Shown: one piece after another, positions 48,976 to 60,978 of the stretch
Layout: every line of letters begins with the position of its first letter
Numbering within the stretch: position 1 is the stretch's first letter
Assembly (NCBI GenBank): GCA_043228905.1
Contig: JBHGNT010000008.1
Location: 5,208,001 to 5,272,000 of the forward strand
Source: Azolla caroliniana
Lineage: Eukaryota > Plantae > Polypodiophyta
Direction: 5' to 3'
Length of the DNA: 64,000 nt
Position numbers and translations under genes: made by a program
Notes under the pieces: model-generated
Told to the model about the DNA's origin: nothing
Databases searched by the model: none
What the model saw: only the letters and a program-made list of their open reading frames with translations

Positions 48976-51900
48976 CAAGAGTCTCTTAACTACCAAACAA
49001 CCATTCCCAATTTTGTATAAATAGGCTTATAGCAGCCTCTTTTGTAATAAGATTATTTTCTGCTGCTACTTACAAACAAGCACAACTCTTTGGCTGTGTC
49101 TCTACTCTTTGCAACCATTTTTTCTACTGCTGTCTAATAGCCTTCTCACAGCTTGGCTGTGTCTATTTTGTTCTAACTCTTCCGCTGCTGCTATTAACAG
49201 CATTTCTCACATGGTATCAGAGTAGTGAGGTATCCATATCCTCAGCATGATTTTTTTTGCCAAAGAGCACACAGACCTCTCTTCTTTTATCCCTCCCTCC
49301 CAATCCTATAGAGGAGGTTCTCTTAGCAGCCACCCTCCCAACCTACAGAGGTTCTTTTTTTTCTTTTCCCCTCATCTGAGCCTCACCTAGCATCTAGGGA
49401 GAAGTAGGAAGACACTGAGCATCTACTTACAACTGTAAATTGTCCAGTTGTAGCTCAAGAGGAGGATATCCATGGCCTCACATGCCACGATTGTTTCATC
49501 AACCATTCCCCAACTCCCCAAAGAGTCCATCTTGGATGGGAACAATTACTTGGATTGGGAGCTACAAATAAAGACCTTGCTACAATACCATCGTTTATGG
49601 AATGTAGTCAGTGATAGTGACAAGAAACCACCAGTAACTTCATCCTCTTCAACCAAATCAGTTGTTGGCTCATCTAACGCTGAGATTGAAGTGTGGCTAG
49701 ATAAGGATTCTCGTGCCCATGGTTTCCTCATGTTTAATATTAAACCGAGCATCGCTCGTCAATTTCAAGATACAGATGAAGAGACAGCCAATGAACTATG
49801 GACATCCATCAAAAAGAGGTACCATCAAGCTAATCATGCTCAAATGATAGCTATTGAGAACCAACTAGCAAATCTTAAGATTCATGACACTCCCAACATC
49901 ATGGATCAAATAACGCAATTTGTTACTCTCCAAAAGGAACTAGTTACTTTGGGAAGCAAGTCAACTGAAGGTGAGTTTGAGCATCGTCTAATGATAAAGT
50001 TGCCTGAGTCATTCTCAGCATTTTGTGACACAATTTCTCTTCTTCCCAGCACACCTGATATGAATACATTTCTTGGTATGCTGCAAGATAGGGCAACAAG
50101 GTAGAAAAGTGCTCAAACTTCCAATGAGATGCTTCTACATGCGACAAGGAAAGGCAAGTGGAAGCAAAATGGTAACTCCTACAACAAACCCAATCCAAGA
50201 CCACCAAACAACCCAGCCTACAAGGAGCTCACTTGTCATTATTGTGGCTGCAAAGGTCACATTCAGCCAGATTGTCGGAAAAAGAAAAGGGACAATGCTA
50301 AGAACTCTTCTTCTACTGAAAATCAACCTACACCGAAATCCAACTCAGCCCACTCAGCATGGTGGGCCAACTACCTCAACCGAAACAGTTTTCCTTGGCA
50401 TTGAGGAACATACTTCACATTTGGCTGGACCAACTACCTCAACCATTGATGAGTGGTTAGTAGATAGTGGTGCTACTTCACACATGACCTATGACAAATC
50501 CATTTTGCATGATGTGAAACCTAGCTCCTCCCAAATCTCCATAGGAGATGCCTCAAGCATTGAGGCTTCATGTGTGGGTAATGTGTTTCTTAACAATTCT
50601 TCAAATGAAGAACCTGTCATTCTTCAAGATGTGCTACATGTGCCTCGCATCTCTGCCAACCTACTTTCGGTCTACCAAATCACTAAGCAAGGTTATGGAG
50701 TCTACTTTGATAGCTCAGTTTTGGAAGTCATTGACACCAACAACCTACAAATTGTAGCTATGGCACACAAGAAGGGGGTTTATACCGCCTGAAAAGTTCC
50801 CATAGCCCCTTGGAAAAGTCCAAATCTCATCTTCTTCATCTTCTTCAAGGCTCTCATGCATTGGTGGCACAAGAAGATCCCACGTTGTGGCATGCTAGGT
50901 TTGGTCATCTCAACTATGATTCTCTTCAAAAGCTCTCCTCTTCCCAATTAGTTGAGGGTCTTCCTATTTTCAAAACTCCCAATACCCCATGTGTTGCTTG
51001 TCTTCATGGCAAGCAACATCGAGAGTCTTTCCTTCATGAAACCACTCACCGTGCAACATCTATCTTGGAGTTAGTGCACATAGATCTTTGTGGTCCCATG
51101 AAAACCACTACTCTTGGTGGTGCACGCTACTTCATGCTCATCATTGATGATTTCTCCCGCAAGGTTTGGGTTTTTTTTCTTGTAGAAAAATTGCAAGCCT
51201 TCACAAAATTTCAAGAATGGGTAGCTCTCGTGGAGAACGAGACATCGAAGAAAGTTCGAAAGATCAAGTCGGACAATGGTGGAGAGTTTATCTCCCAAGC
51301 TTTCCACCATTTCTGCTCTCAATGAGGCATTGCTCGCCAATTTTCTACACCCAATACTCCTCAACAAAATGGAGTCGTGGAAAGGAAGAACCAGACAGTC
51401 CAAGAGATGCTATCTCAATCTGATCTTCCTCTCTCATTTTGGGGTGAAGCTATCAACACAGCAATCTACATCATCAACTGCTGCCCAACAAAAGCAATTG
51501 CTGGAATGACGCCTGTAGAAGCATTTACAGGTGGTGTAAAGCCCTCAGTATCTCATTTTAAAGTCTTTGGTTGTGATGCTTATGTTCACATTTCAGATCA
51601 TAAAAGGACAAAATTTGAGTCCAAAACCAGGAAATGCAAATTTCTTGGTTACAGCACACAATCTAAAGCGTACAGGTTATGGGATTTAGAGTCAAAGTCC
51701 CTAGTCATCTCTAGGGATGTTCATTTTGTGGAGTCTCAGCCGGATGATTCTAGGATTTCACCTGAGTTCATGGTTGAAATCCCAGCTCCTCCGGAATCTC
51801 CTATTTTAGACGAAGATGTCTCATCTTCAAGCCCCCCATCTCCTACTCAATCGCTAACTTCACCAACAATTCAATCCTCTCCCTCAACTCCACTTGTTTC

Positions 51901-53161
51901 CCCTCCCTCTACAAACCATCTTCCACCACTTCCCAAGTGGCTTCAAGCCACCATTCGTGATTCTCATCTCTCCGATGCTGAACTTCATGAGTATACATCT
52001 GGTTCTCGAACACATAAGTCACAACGGCCTCCTCACTCATACAACTTTGCCTTACTGTGCACTATTGTGCAATCACAAGAACCCACAACAACAAAAGAGG
52101 CCCTTGTTCTTACAAAGTGAAAAGCAACAATGGATGTTGAACTTGATTCCATTGAGCGGAATCATTCATGGGAGCTGGTTCCACGGCCTCAACATCGACA
52201 AGTCATTGGACTGAAATGGATTTTCAAGACCAAGTACCATGCTAATGGTACTTTGGATAAGCACAAGGCACGTTTAGTTGCAAAAGGCTACTCACAAGTT
52301 AAAGGAGTGGATTACGAGGAAACTTTTGCTCCAACAGCAAGGTACACCTCTATTCGATGTGCGCTTGCACTTGCTGCTCACAACAAATGGCCCATCTTTC
52401 AAATGAATGTCAAGTCAGCCTGCCTTAATTGTGACTTGAAAGGGGAGGTTGATGCTGAACAGCCTCTAGGTTTTGAGATTTTAGAGCAGAAAAACATGGT
52501 CTACAGGTTCCACAAAGCCTTGTATGGCTTAAAGCAAGTTCTCAAAGCTTGGCATGACAAAATTGACACCTTCTTTCTCTCTCTTGGGTTTCAGAGCTGT
52601 TATGCTGACAACAATCTCTATGTTTTTTTTCCCACTTCCAAGGCATGCCATTAATCAGCTCCTCGATCGACTGAATGTTTGATGGCCGTTCTAGAGCTGA
52701 GAGGAGGTGTTGAAGGGTGGCAGCTCCAAACCTGCACTCTCTTTCATCTTTATTATCTCTGTACTACATTCTCTCTCTTCCCAAATTCTTCTCTCTCTAG
52801 AATCTACAACTCTTTAAATGCCTTCTCTCTCTAGAATCTGCAATGCTTTAAATGCCTTTTGTCTCTTCCACTTTTTCCAAGATATTCCCTTTTTATTCCT
52901 AGTTTATTGTACCTGTTTGGTAGTACAAGAGTCTCTTAACTACCAAACAACCATTCCCAATTTTGTATAAATAGGCTTATACCAACCTCTTTTGTAATAA
53001 GATTATTTTCTGCTGCTACTTACAAACAAGCACAACTCTTTGGCTGTGTCTCTACTCTTTGCAACCATTTTTTCTACTGCTGTCTAATAGCCTTCTCACA
53101 GCTTGGTTGTGTCTATTTTGTTCTAACTCTTCCGCTGCTGCTATTAACAGCATTTCTCACA
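48976..53161 (+). mobile_element. Internally deleted Ty1/copia element D with 5'-truncated 5' LTR
   Basis: 5' LTR remnant 48976-49211 matches the 3' half of the 3' LTR (52708-53161) with 3 differences. PBS TGGTATCAGAG at 49212. PPT GAGAGGAGG. gag, CHYCGCKGHIQPDC, WLVDSGATSHM, integrase and RT N-terminal half present; RT C-terminus and RNase H missing after ~52630. Confidence 0.93.
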
Positions 53162-55809
53162 GAAAGAACATACTATGTCCCTCTACTTTAATGTCTAGAA
53201 CCTCCATCAAAAACATTCAGTTACACATCAGTATGCACACTAGAAGAGCATAATATCCCACTACATTAATGCAAAGAACCACTGACAAACAACATTACAT
53301 CCCTCTACTTTAACTTCAAGAACATCCGGCAAAACATCTTCAGTTATGTGTCTGTATGCACCTATCAAACATACTCCATGTCACTTGAATAGAGACATTC
53401 AAAAGATATTAACCAGAACCAGACCAATATATTATATTCAGGATCTGTACAACAAAAGGTGTGCACGGCCTTCTGCTAAGGCGCATCAACAAAAAATCAG
53501 AGGTAGATTACTTAGCATCATAACACTAAAGTGAGAACTTGGTTGTAAAGTCAACCCATTCAAAGGAATGCTGAAGGCCCATATGCTCTGAAGTCACATT
53601 CGGAGCACAAGGTCCCACCAATTGTGTAACCTTCACCTCGTTACATATGAAAAAGCTATGAATATTCCTCAAGTCATAACCATTTGTGCCTGAACATTAA
53701 ATCGCATGAGCAACCCTCAACTTGACCATCTATGATCCTTAGATTCAACAAACATCATAAAAGTTGATGAGGGAAAAAGAGGTTATCATTCCATTGTAGG
53801 AGCAAACTCATACTGGTGATATCGTTAACAAGCACCACTAAAATTCAGTTAAGTGACTATTATTTCTTGCAAGAGATTAGAGATGTAATTATCACTCGGA
53901 TTAAGGTGATTGATTGTATGTGTTTATTGTATTGATGTATGAATCCATAATTCTCATATGAGCAGATTTTTCTGATAAATTTCAATGTGAACATTAAAAA
54001 TTATCTAGCAAAACATTGATACATCTCGCTAGATCATGCTAGAAAAGTAATCTAGCAAGAGTAACTTTGACAGCTCATGCTAGAAATATAAGCTATTTTG
54101 GGAGTTCAAGAGATAAGAGTAACTCTCCTCGAGCTTGTAAGTGTGCTAGAGCTCCCAAAATCACAAACATGAAAATGCATCAAATAGGAAGGTATATAAG
54201 CCCTTTCGCAAAAAACTATGTTTGTCACTGTAGTGTCTTTTATGAAATCAGAGGGAGATACCATTGCCTCTTTAAACAAGGCTTTGGCCCGCTACGCAAG
54301 GTAATGGAATATGAGGACCATCGGTGCCTAGGACGTTTCTTGCTAGAACTCAAGAGAGACAGGGAAAAGTTGTTGAAGGACAATAATACAGCCATACAAG
54401 CTCATCCACAAAGAACAATCAAAATTGTCTCTAGTCCCATCACTCCTACTGATGCTACAAGTCAATCAAGGGATACACAAATGGGCTCCTGACCAGGACA
54501 TAACAAAGGGGTTACAATAGATCGGGCAATAGCAATTTCTCGTGCACGTAGGCCCCAGCCCCATGGACCACGACCTCAGCACCCTTGTCATCGACAAATA
54601 AAGGCCATTATCTCCCACCATCGCAGGTGCTTCCCTCACTTTGGAAACCTCTCCATTCTAGATCGACCTATGCTAAAGATCTTTCAAAGACAAAAGTTAT
54701 AATATATCTAACTTGAGAATCTCACATGTGACGAAAACCAGATTCCCTTGTCTCTTTTTATCTTATTTACTGAGTAATATTTATTTTATTTTGATTTGTT
54801 GTTCTCAAAGACGAGACAACACTTAAGATGTAAGATGTAATCTCTTGTTTGGTCTTATAGGCAATTTTGGCCTCTTAAAAGACGTTAATATATCCTTCTT
54901 TCTTTCTTGGGTAGAAGAATGCTTAGAGTCTAGACTGATTCCTCGTATGGAATCTCCTCTAATTTGGAACAAATATACATGGCTTGAATAGGTAGAAATT
55001 CTGTTGCAGAAATTGTTCAGACTAAGGGGTTTGGTATAGGCCACAATTCGCAGTTTCGGCTCTTACTTATCATAATCCTTCTTTTGATTAAGAGTAAAGA
55101 ATACCAAAAGAGGCTCCAATCTTTAGGACTAACGAGGTGTTACATTAATTGAGCAATCTAGCATTCTAGATGTGATAACTAAGTCTTAATGAGAATAAAA
55201 TTTTAGTAGGTGTTTTCTTCTTTGTGTAAAATTCATCACCAGGTAAATTTTCGTTATATTGTTTGTTCATTCAGTGGAAGTTCCACAAACCAGTTTCAAT
55301 TGATGTTCGCTAATGTAAGAACAAATATATCAATGCACATATATTTTTTCTTTATTTTACTTTAGCTGAATAAAACATGCTTAAATTCTACAAGTCTTAG
55401 AAATGATGTGTACTCTAACTATGCATACAGTGGGAAAAATTCTCAGTGTAGTCTTGATCCTTCATTGAGACAAGTATAAATCAATAAGGTGGTATGACTT
55501 GACTACATTTACGTAATAATCCAAGAAAGAGCAATAACAAGCATCTCATTATCCAATTAAATTTGAAGTGTTAGGCATACTTACAATATCTTGTGATTGC
55601 CCATGAGAAAGATTTAAATTTAAATATATAGAATATGGCAATGATGTCGAACATCACAAATTGCTAACTTTAACCTGGACTTCAATAAGTTTTGCTTAAT
55701 TATCCAGCACCACAACATTAACATACATTAACTTGTATCTTGATAAAAGAAATAATGCTACATCAAGAATAGTTCTTTTGTTCTTGTTCAGCATTTCTTG
55801 TTCTCTCTT

Positions 55810-56115
55810 TGAGCCCTTACACTACTTCGCACTTGATCTCACAAGTTAGGTATTGACATTGCATCATGGTATCAAAATGTAACGAATTTGAAGACATGTA
55901 AAGTATGCAATGAAGGCATGGTAGAGGATGAATGTCACTTGCTCTTCACATGCTCAACATATAGTGCAATTCGTTCCAAATATGCTGACATACTAAGAGG
56001 AAGTGATAACTTAAGTGCCATACTAAAGACACCACCTAGAAGGTTGAGCTCATATGTGTATGCTTTATTCACACATAGAAACTTTGTGCTTCAATGTATG
56101 AATACCCCTTCTTAG
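55810..56115 (+). mobile_element. 3' end fragment of a non-LTR retrotransposon (C-terminal CCHC zinc knuckle)
   Basis: CKVCNEGMVEDECHLLFTCSTYSAIR matches the CxxC..EDExHxLFxCxxYxxIR pattern of LINE ORF2 ends. Confidence 0.65.
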
Positions 56116-56794
56116 GAAGGAGACACATATCAAGAACACATGTATACTCTGGTCCCATAGGTCAAAACTGGCCTCTTTATGGACGATAAAAATTCTAATT
56201 CTAATTCTAATTGTTGAGCATCTTTGATAAGATCAAGGGTGGTTCGCCATATTGCGCACATGGCATGCACACTAAGAACAGAAACACTTGTTTGTTCTAT
56301 CATGCTTGTACTAGACATCGACTCTAGAATTTTAGTCGATTGAATGCTGATTCCGACTCTAGGTTCTAATTTGTTTATTCCAGGTTCAAGCTTAATTTTG
56401 AGCAAATCAGTGAAGACTGCTACAAAATACTCACCTATTCAGGCACAGAGCTCAATTGAAACTTGTTCTAAATTCTAAATAATTTAACTTTGCAATCTCG
56501 AAGAAGGATCAAGTTCTTTACTCTCTTTAACTTCTCCCATGTATAACATCATTTATTTAACAGTGAAATTTTGATGCAAATAAAAGAAAATGAATCCATC
56601 AGATCAAGATCTTTCATATAATACACACCTGCATGCAAAATACACATGTCTTTGGTTCCACCATATAATATCTTTCATAGCCCTAGAAGATATTTTCCAT
56701 ACTAACAAGCTAAACACAAGAATCCATTTCATTAGAAGGATTACTGCTTACCTGGATAGTTGCATCAATGGTTTGAAAAAAGCGTAGGCCATCA

Positions 56795-58861
56795 TTATAA
56801 TAGAGATAGCTTAAGATTTTGGGAGAGACATCTTGAGATCCTTGGAGAGCTATTCATTGCCCTATGCAATTGACGAGCCAACTCTTCGTCAGAAATAGAT
56901 GGTATTGTATGGGAGCTTTTATGAATCTGATCTTCTTGTTTCTTGAATAAATCTGTAGCTTTACAATGATTCTGCCTGCTAGGATTTCTCCTTGGACTCA
57001 ATGCTCCATCATAGGCATTTTCTAAATTTATTAGCTCGTCAACAATGATGTTTTCTCGCTTTGCTCTAACTTTCGGTTTGAAACAGCCAGCATTATCTGT
57101 TGGTCCATGTGATTTCACTGAAGCAATTGCCTCCTCTACAGTTATGGCCTCATCTTTCACGAGAGAATGTTTCACAGGGATACAATCCATCTCTTCAAAT
57201 GAAGCCTTTACATCATTCACAACACTTTTTTTCATCTTCTTAGGACTAGCCATAAATGAATTGAGACTCTGACACTTGGAAGAATTTTCTTTTAGTTCCA
57301 TCTGTACAAGTGAAGCCTTCACAACATTTAGGACACTTTCTTTCACCTTCTTAGTTCTGAGAATTGAAGAATTATCCTGCAGAACTTTCTCTGCAGGTAA
57401 AATCTTTACATCATCCACAGTATTTCTCGCCACTTTTGTAGTTCTGACACTTGAATGATTTTCCTGAAGATCCATATTTTCCACAGGAGCCTTCTCTGCG
57501 GGTGAAATCTTAACATCATTCACAACACTTTTCTTCATTGTCTTGGTTCTATGGCCTATAGGATTTTCCTTCAGATCAATGTCTGCAGGAGAATCCTTCA
57601 CATCATTCACAACAGTTTGCTTCACCTTTTTTATAGGTCCGATAAGAGAACTGAGACTTGATGAGTTATCCTTTAGATATATCTCTGCAGGTGAAGCTTT
57701 TACATCATTCAGAACACTTTTCTTCATCTTCTTTATAGGTCTTATGAGAGAACATGGATTTTGATGCTTGGAAGTATTTTCCTGCACATGACCCTTCCCT
57801 GCAGGATAAGTCTTCACATCAGTTACAGCACTTCCCTTCATCTTCTTAGGTCTCGGAAGAGAACTATACTTATCTGCAAGAGAAGCTTTTACATCAGTTA
57901 CAACAGATTTCTTCACCTTCTTATAAGGTCTGATAGAACTGTCAGTCTCTGCAGACCACATTTTTACATCAGCTATTACACATTTCTTGGTTCTGATAAC
58001 AGAATTGGAACTTTGAAGCTTAGAAGACAATTCTTGTAGATCCATCTCTGTTGAAGAGCTTTTTACTACATCATTCGAAACATTCTCCTTCATCTTATCT
58101 ACATCCACAACACTTTTCGCCATCCCTATTGGTCTGATAAGAGAACTTGGACTTAAAGGATTTTCCTCCAGACCCCTCCGTGCAGGAGAATCTTTTACAC
58201 CATCCATGGCACTTTTCTTCACCTTCTTTATAGTTCTATCTGTAAGAGAACTGAAATTTGGACGCTTATATTTCTGTTCCTGCAACCTGCACTTATCAGA
58301 AACAGTGCTTTGGTCGAGAAACATTTCAGGTTTTTCCATAGCTGACATCTCATCAAATATTTCCCGATTTCCCACAGTGACTTCATCAAGCAATTCTGGT
58401 TTATTCGTAGCATTAAATTCATGAAATGTTTTACAATCTCTCGCAGCTAATTCTTCAAGTGTACTTTCTTTTTTTTCCACAGCTAAGTCAGTAAGCTTGC
58501 TTTCTGATTCTTCCATAGATAATCCCTCATTCTCAATATCTCTAATTTCCCTAACGCATTCAGTGGAAATACACGACTTAGCCTGCAATTCACCAAGAGT
58601 TATGTTTCCTTCATCCATAGCTAAATCAAAGATCTGACTTTCTGGTACTTCCACAGGAAATTCATCATGTAGAAGGCTAGCGTTTACCCGAATTTCTTGA
58701 GGAGAGGATCCTGAACGAGAGGAGGAGGAGGTGGAGGAGGGAGAAGAAGAAGAAGACCATCCATTCTGCTTGAATCCTGCAAGGAGACGTTTTCGAGGGG
58801 GGAGAGAGGCGCCAGGATCAGGCCTAAGAGAGAAAGAAGCTATGGAGCAGCCCTCGGACAT
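56795..58861 (-). CDS. Uncharacterised plant protein (N-terminal LPPRKRLLAG, C-terminal DEELARQLHRAMNSSPRI) with an expanded Lys-rich repeat region, 688 aa
   Basis: Uninterrupted 2067-nt ORF from ATG 58861 (MSEGCS). I recall both terminal motifs from a conserved land-plant family of putative nuclear proteins (not checked by search). CT-rich 5' leader. Confidence 0.85.
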   Translation of the reverse strand: MSEGCSIASFSLRPDPGASLPPRKRLLAGFKQNGWSSSSSPSSTSSSSRSGSSPQEIRVNASLLHDEFPVEVPESQIFDLAMDEGNITLGELQAKSCISTECVREIRDIENEGLSMEESESKLTDLAVEKKESTLEELAARDCKTFHEFNATNKPELLDEVTVGNREIFDEMSAMEKPEMFLDQSTVSDKCRLQEQKYKRPNFSSLTDRTIKKVKKSAMDGVKDSPARRGLEENPLSPSSLIRPIGMAKSVVDVDKMKENVSNDVVKSSSTEMDLQELSSKLQSSNSVIRTKKCVIADVKMWSAETDSSIRPYKKVKKSVVTDVKASLADKYSSLPRPKKMKGSAVTDVKTYPAGKGHVQENTSKHQNPCSLIRPIKKMKKSVLNDVKASPAEIYLKDNSSSLSSLIGPIKKVKQTVVNDVKDSPADIDLKENPIGHRTKTMKKSVVNDVKISPAEKAPVENMDLQENHSSVRTTKVARNTVDDVKILPAEKVLQDNSSILRTKKVKESVLNVVKASLVQMELKENSSKCQSLNSFMASPKKMKKSVVNDVKASFEEMDCIPVKHSLVKDEAITVEEAIASVKSHGPTDNAGCFKPKVRAKRENIIVDELINLENAYDGALSPRRNPSRQNHCKATDLFKKQEDQIHKSSHTIPSISDEELARQLHRAMNSSPRISRCLSQNLKLSLL

Positions 58862-59121
58862 GGCTTTTCTCCTTCTTCTTCTTCTTCTTCTTCTTCCAAC
58901 ACAGGCACAGAGAGAGAGAGAGAGTGAGAGTGAGAGTGAGAGTGAGAGAGACAATGCGCGGGGATCAAATTAAGAACAAAATTGAGAAGAAGAAGACGAA
59001 GAAAAAATCACGATAATATCTCCATCCCCCCCCCCCCCCGCCCCTCCCTCCCCAAAACGTTTCCCAAATTTACAAAAATAGCCCCATCACCAAATTTCTG
59101 CTTTACCTTATGAGTTATAAA

Positions 59122-59490
59122 CAACCGGCAACGGTTCGGTTCGGTTTGAGAGTGTCGAAAAAATTTCGTAAAAACCACGGTTTCATGGTTCAGTTTCGGT
59201 TTTCCAATATAGGTCAAAATTCAAATTTTTAAATTTAAAATATTTCATTATTTTAAATTTTCAAATTTTTAAAGATTTTCCTAAAATGTGAGAATAAGGC
59301 CTAAAAATGAAAAGATTGTTTAAAAACAAATTTTTTTTAAATTAAAATAATAATAATAAACCGTTAAACCGCAGTTTCTAACTATTGAAACAAAACCGAA
59401 CCGTTAAAAAAACTTGAACATGAACCAAACCCAACCGTTAAGCCACAGTTTCGTGGTTCGGTTCGGTTCAAACCAAACCGTTGGCGACTA
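59122..59490. mobile_element. Probable non-autonomous DNA transposon (hAT-like MITE) upstream of the minus-strand gene
   Basis: Imperfect TIRs (CAACGGTTCGGTT.. / ..AAACCAAACCGTTG), many subterminal AACCG/CGGTT motifs and an AT-rich core. No clear TSD. Confidence 0.55.
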
Positions 59491-60812
59491 TTAAATGCTA
59501 TTTATCTATCTATCTATCTTAATCTATCTATATATCATTTAAGTTTTTGTTAACTAATGTTTTTTTGGAAGAAAAAAAATCTATCTATATATTATCTCTC
59601 TATGTACATATCATGAGCTATTTATCTTTCTATTGTCTATACATATATCTATCTATGTATCATGAGCCATTTATCTATCTTTCTTTCTATAAAATCTATA
59701 TATGTATCATGAGCTATTTATCTATCTAATGTTGGTTGGGAAGAACATGCTCTGAAAGCATCTACACAGGAACTCCTTCTCTAGATAGGTTCTCCCACCC
59801 AAGTGAAAGAAAATCACTTTGATAGGTGGGAGGTGAAAGCACCACAAAGGTGATGGGCTTCCTCATACTGATCTATTTCCAATTTACACCTTCATTTCGA
59901 CCATAGCATCCCTTCTCACGAACTGCATGGCATGTGTCAGTTTCCTCACCTCTAGTCTCACGAACCTCCGAAGAAGTCCCCGTACATGGTGCGATGTATT
60001 TGATTAGCTGACAAACTTTTTTTTTTTTTTCTAATCGTTGCACTCAACCATCTCCTTGGGCTATGTGTGTGTGTGTATGTGCACACGTGCCGTAACAGTG
60101 TAGTTATCTAACGTCCTTGACATTGTCAGTGTGTCCATCCATCTCAAAACTAACTCAATCAATGGTCTCTACCTGTCTCAATCTCTAATTAAGTCAACAT
60201 ATCCACGTCAAACCTATTATGGCCTCATTCACACAAGCTAGGTGTTGGTGCAATATCATGGCATCATCACCCAAGTATGACGATATGCAAGGTATGCAAA
60301 ATCAGAACCTAGTCAAGGATTGATATCGCTTGTAGCTTCTTGCTACTAGTGTATACAACATTTTCACATGGACAATGTTGTGATGTGGCTTGTGCCATGG
60401 ACAAAAATTCCTAAGACCTAAGTTATATTATATGTATAGCAAATTTTGTTTTAAGATCAAACCAACGAATAAAGATAGCTCAATTAGTAAGAGCTAATTG
60501 CAGGAACGACAAAGGTAATGAAGAGAGAATGTGACCTACAAATGTATAAAAATATAGTGACGACCCTGTTACAAGATCAACATGGGATTCAGGGGGTTGG
60601 TTCTAGTCACATTCCTTGGGGGAACGGATCATAAAGGTTCTCTTCTTTCAATACTCAGTAAAACTTGGAAGATCATTGCTACTCTCTTGGAATGCAACAA
60701 TACCAGCAGCTCAGAAACATTGGACCACCTCGGGGGTCTCAACTTTGCATTTGAAAACCTATTGGAGATGAATTTAGTCATTTAAGAGGCCAACTAAATT
60801 TATTCTCTTCAG

Positions 60813-60978
60813 ATGGCTATTAGTGCATACAACATTAGCAGTTGGTCCTTCATTGAAATGAATGTAATACCCAATCGTTGGCAATGTGGCTTTTGCCATG
60901 TAGCTCAGGATACTGCCAAGCATGTCCTTTGGTCCTGTCCCTTGGCTCAACAAGTATGGAATAAAGTATTTTCGTTAT
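60813..60978 (+). mobile_element. L1-clade LINE zf-RVT fragment interrupted by copia element E
   Basis: WQCGFCHVAQDTAKHVLWSCPLAQQVW, cut exactly at the TG of the element E LTR. Confidence 0.75.

Noticed and set aside
58862-58954. N-terminal extension MSLSLSL..RRRRRRRRR of the 719-aa ORF
   Set aside because: Starts at a non-ATG codon and translates (CT)n/(AGA)n leader microsatellites; ATG 58861 is the plausible start.
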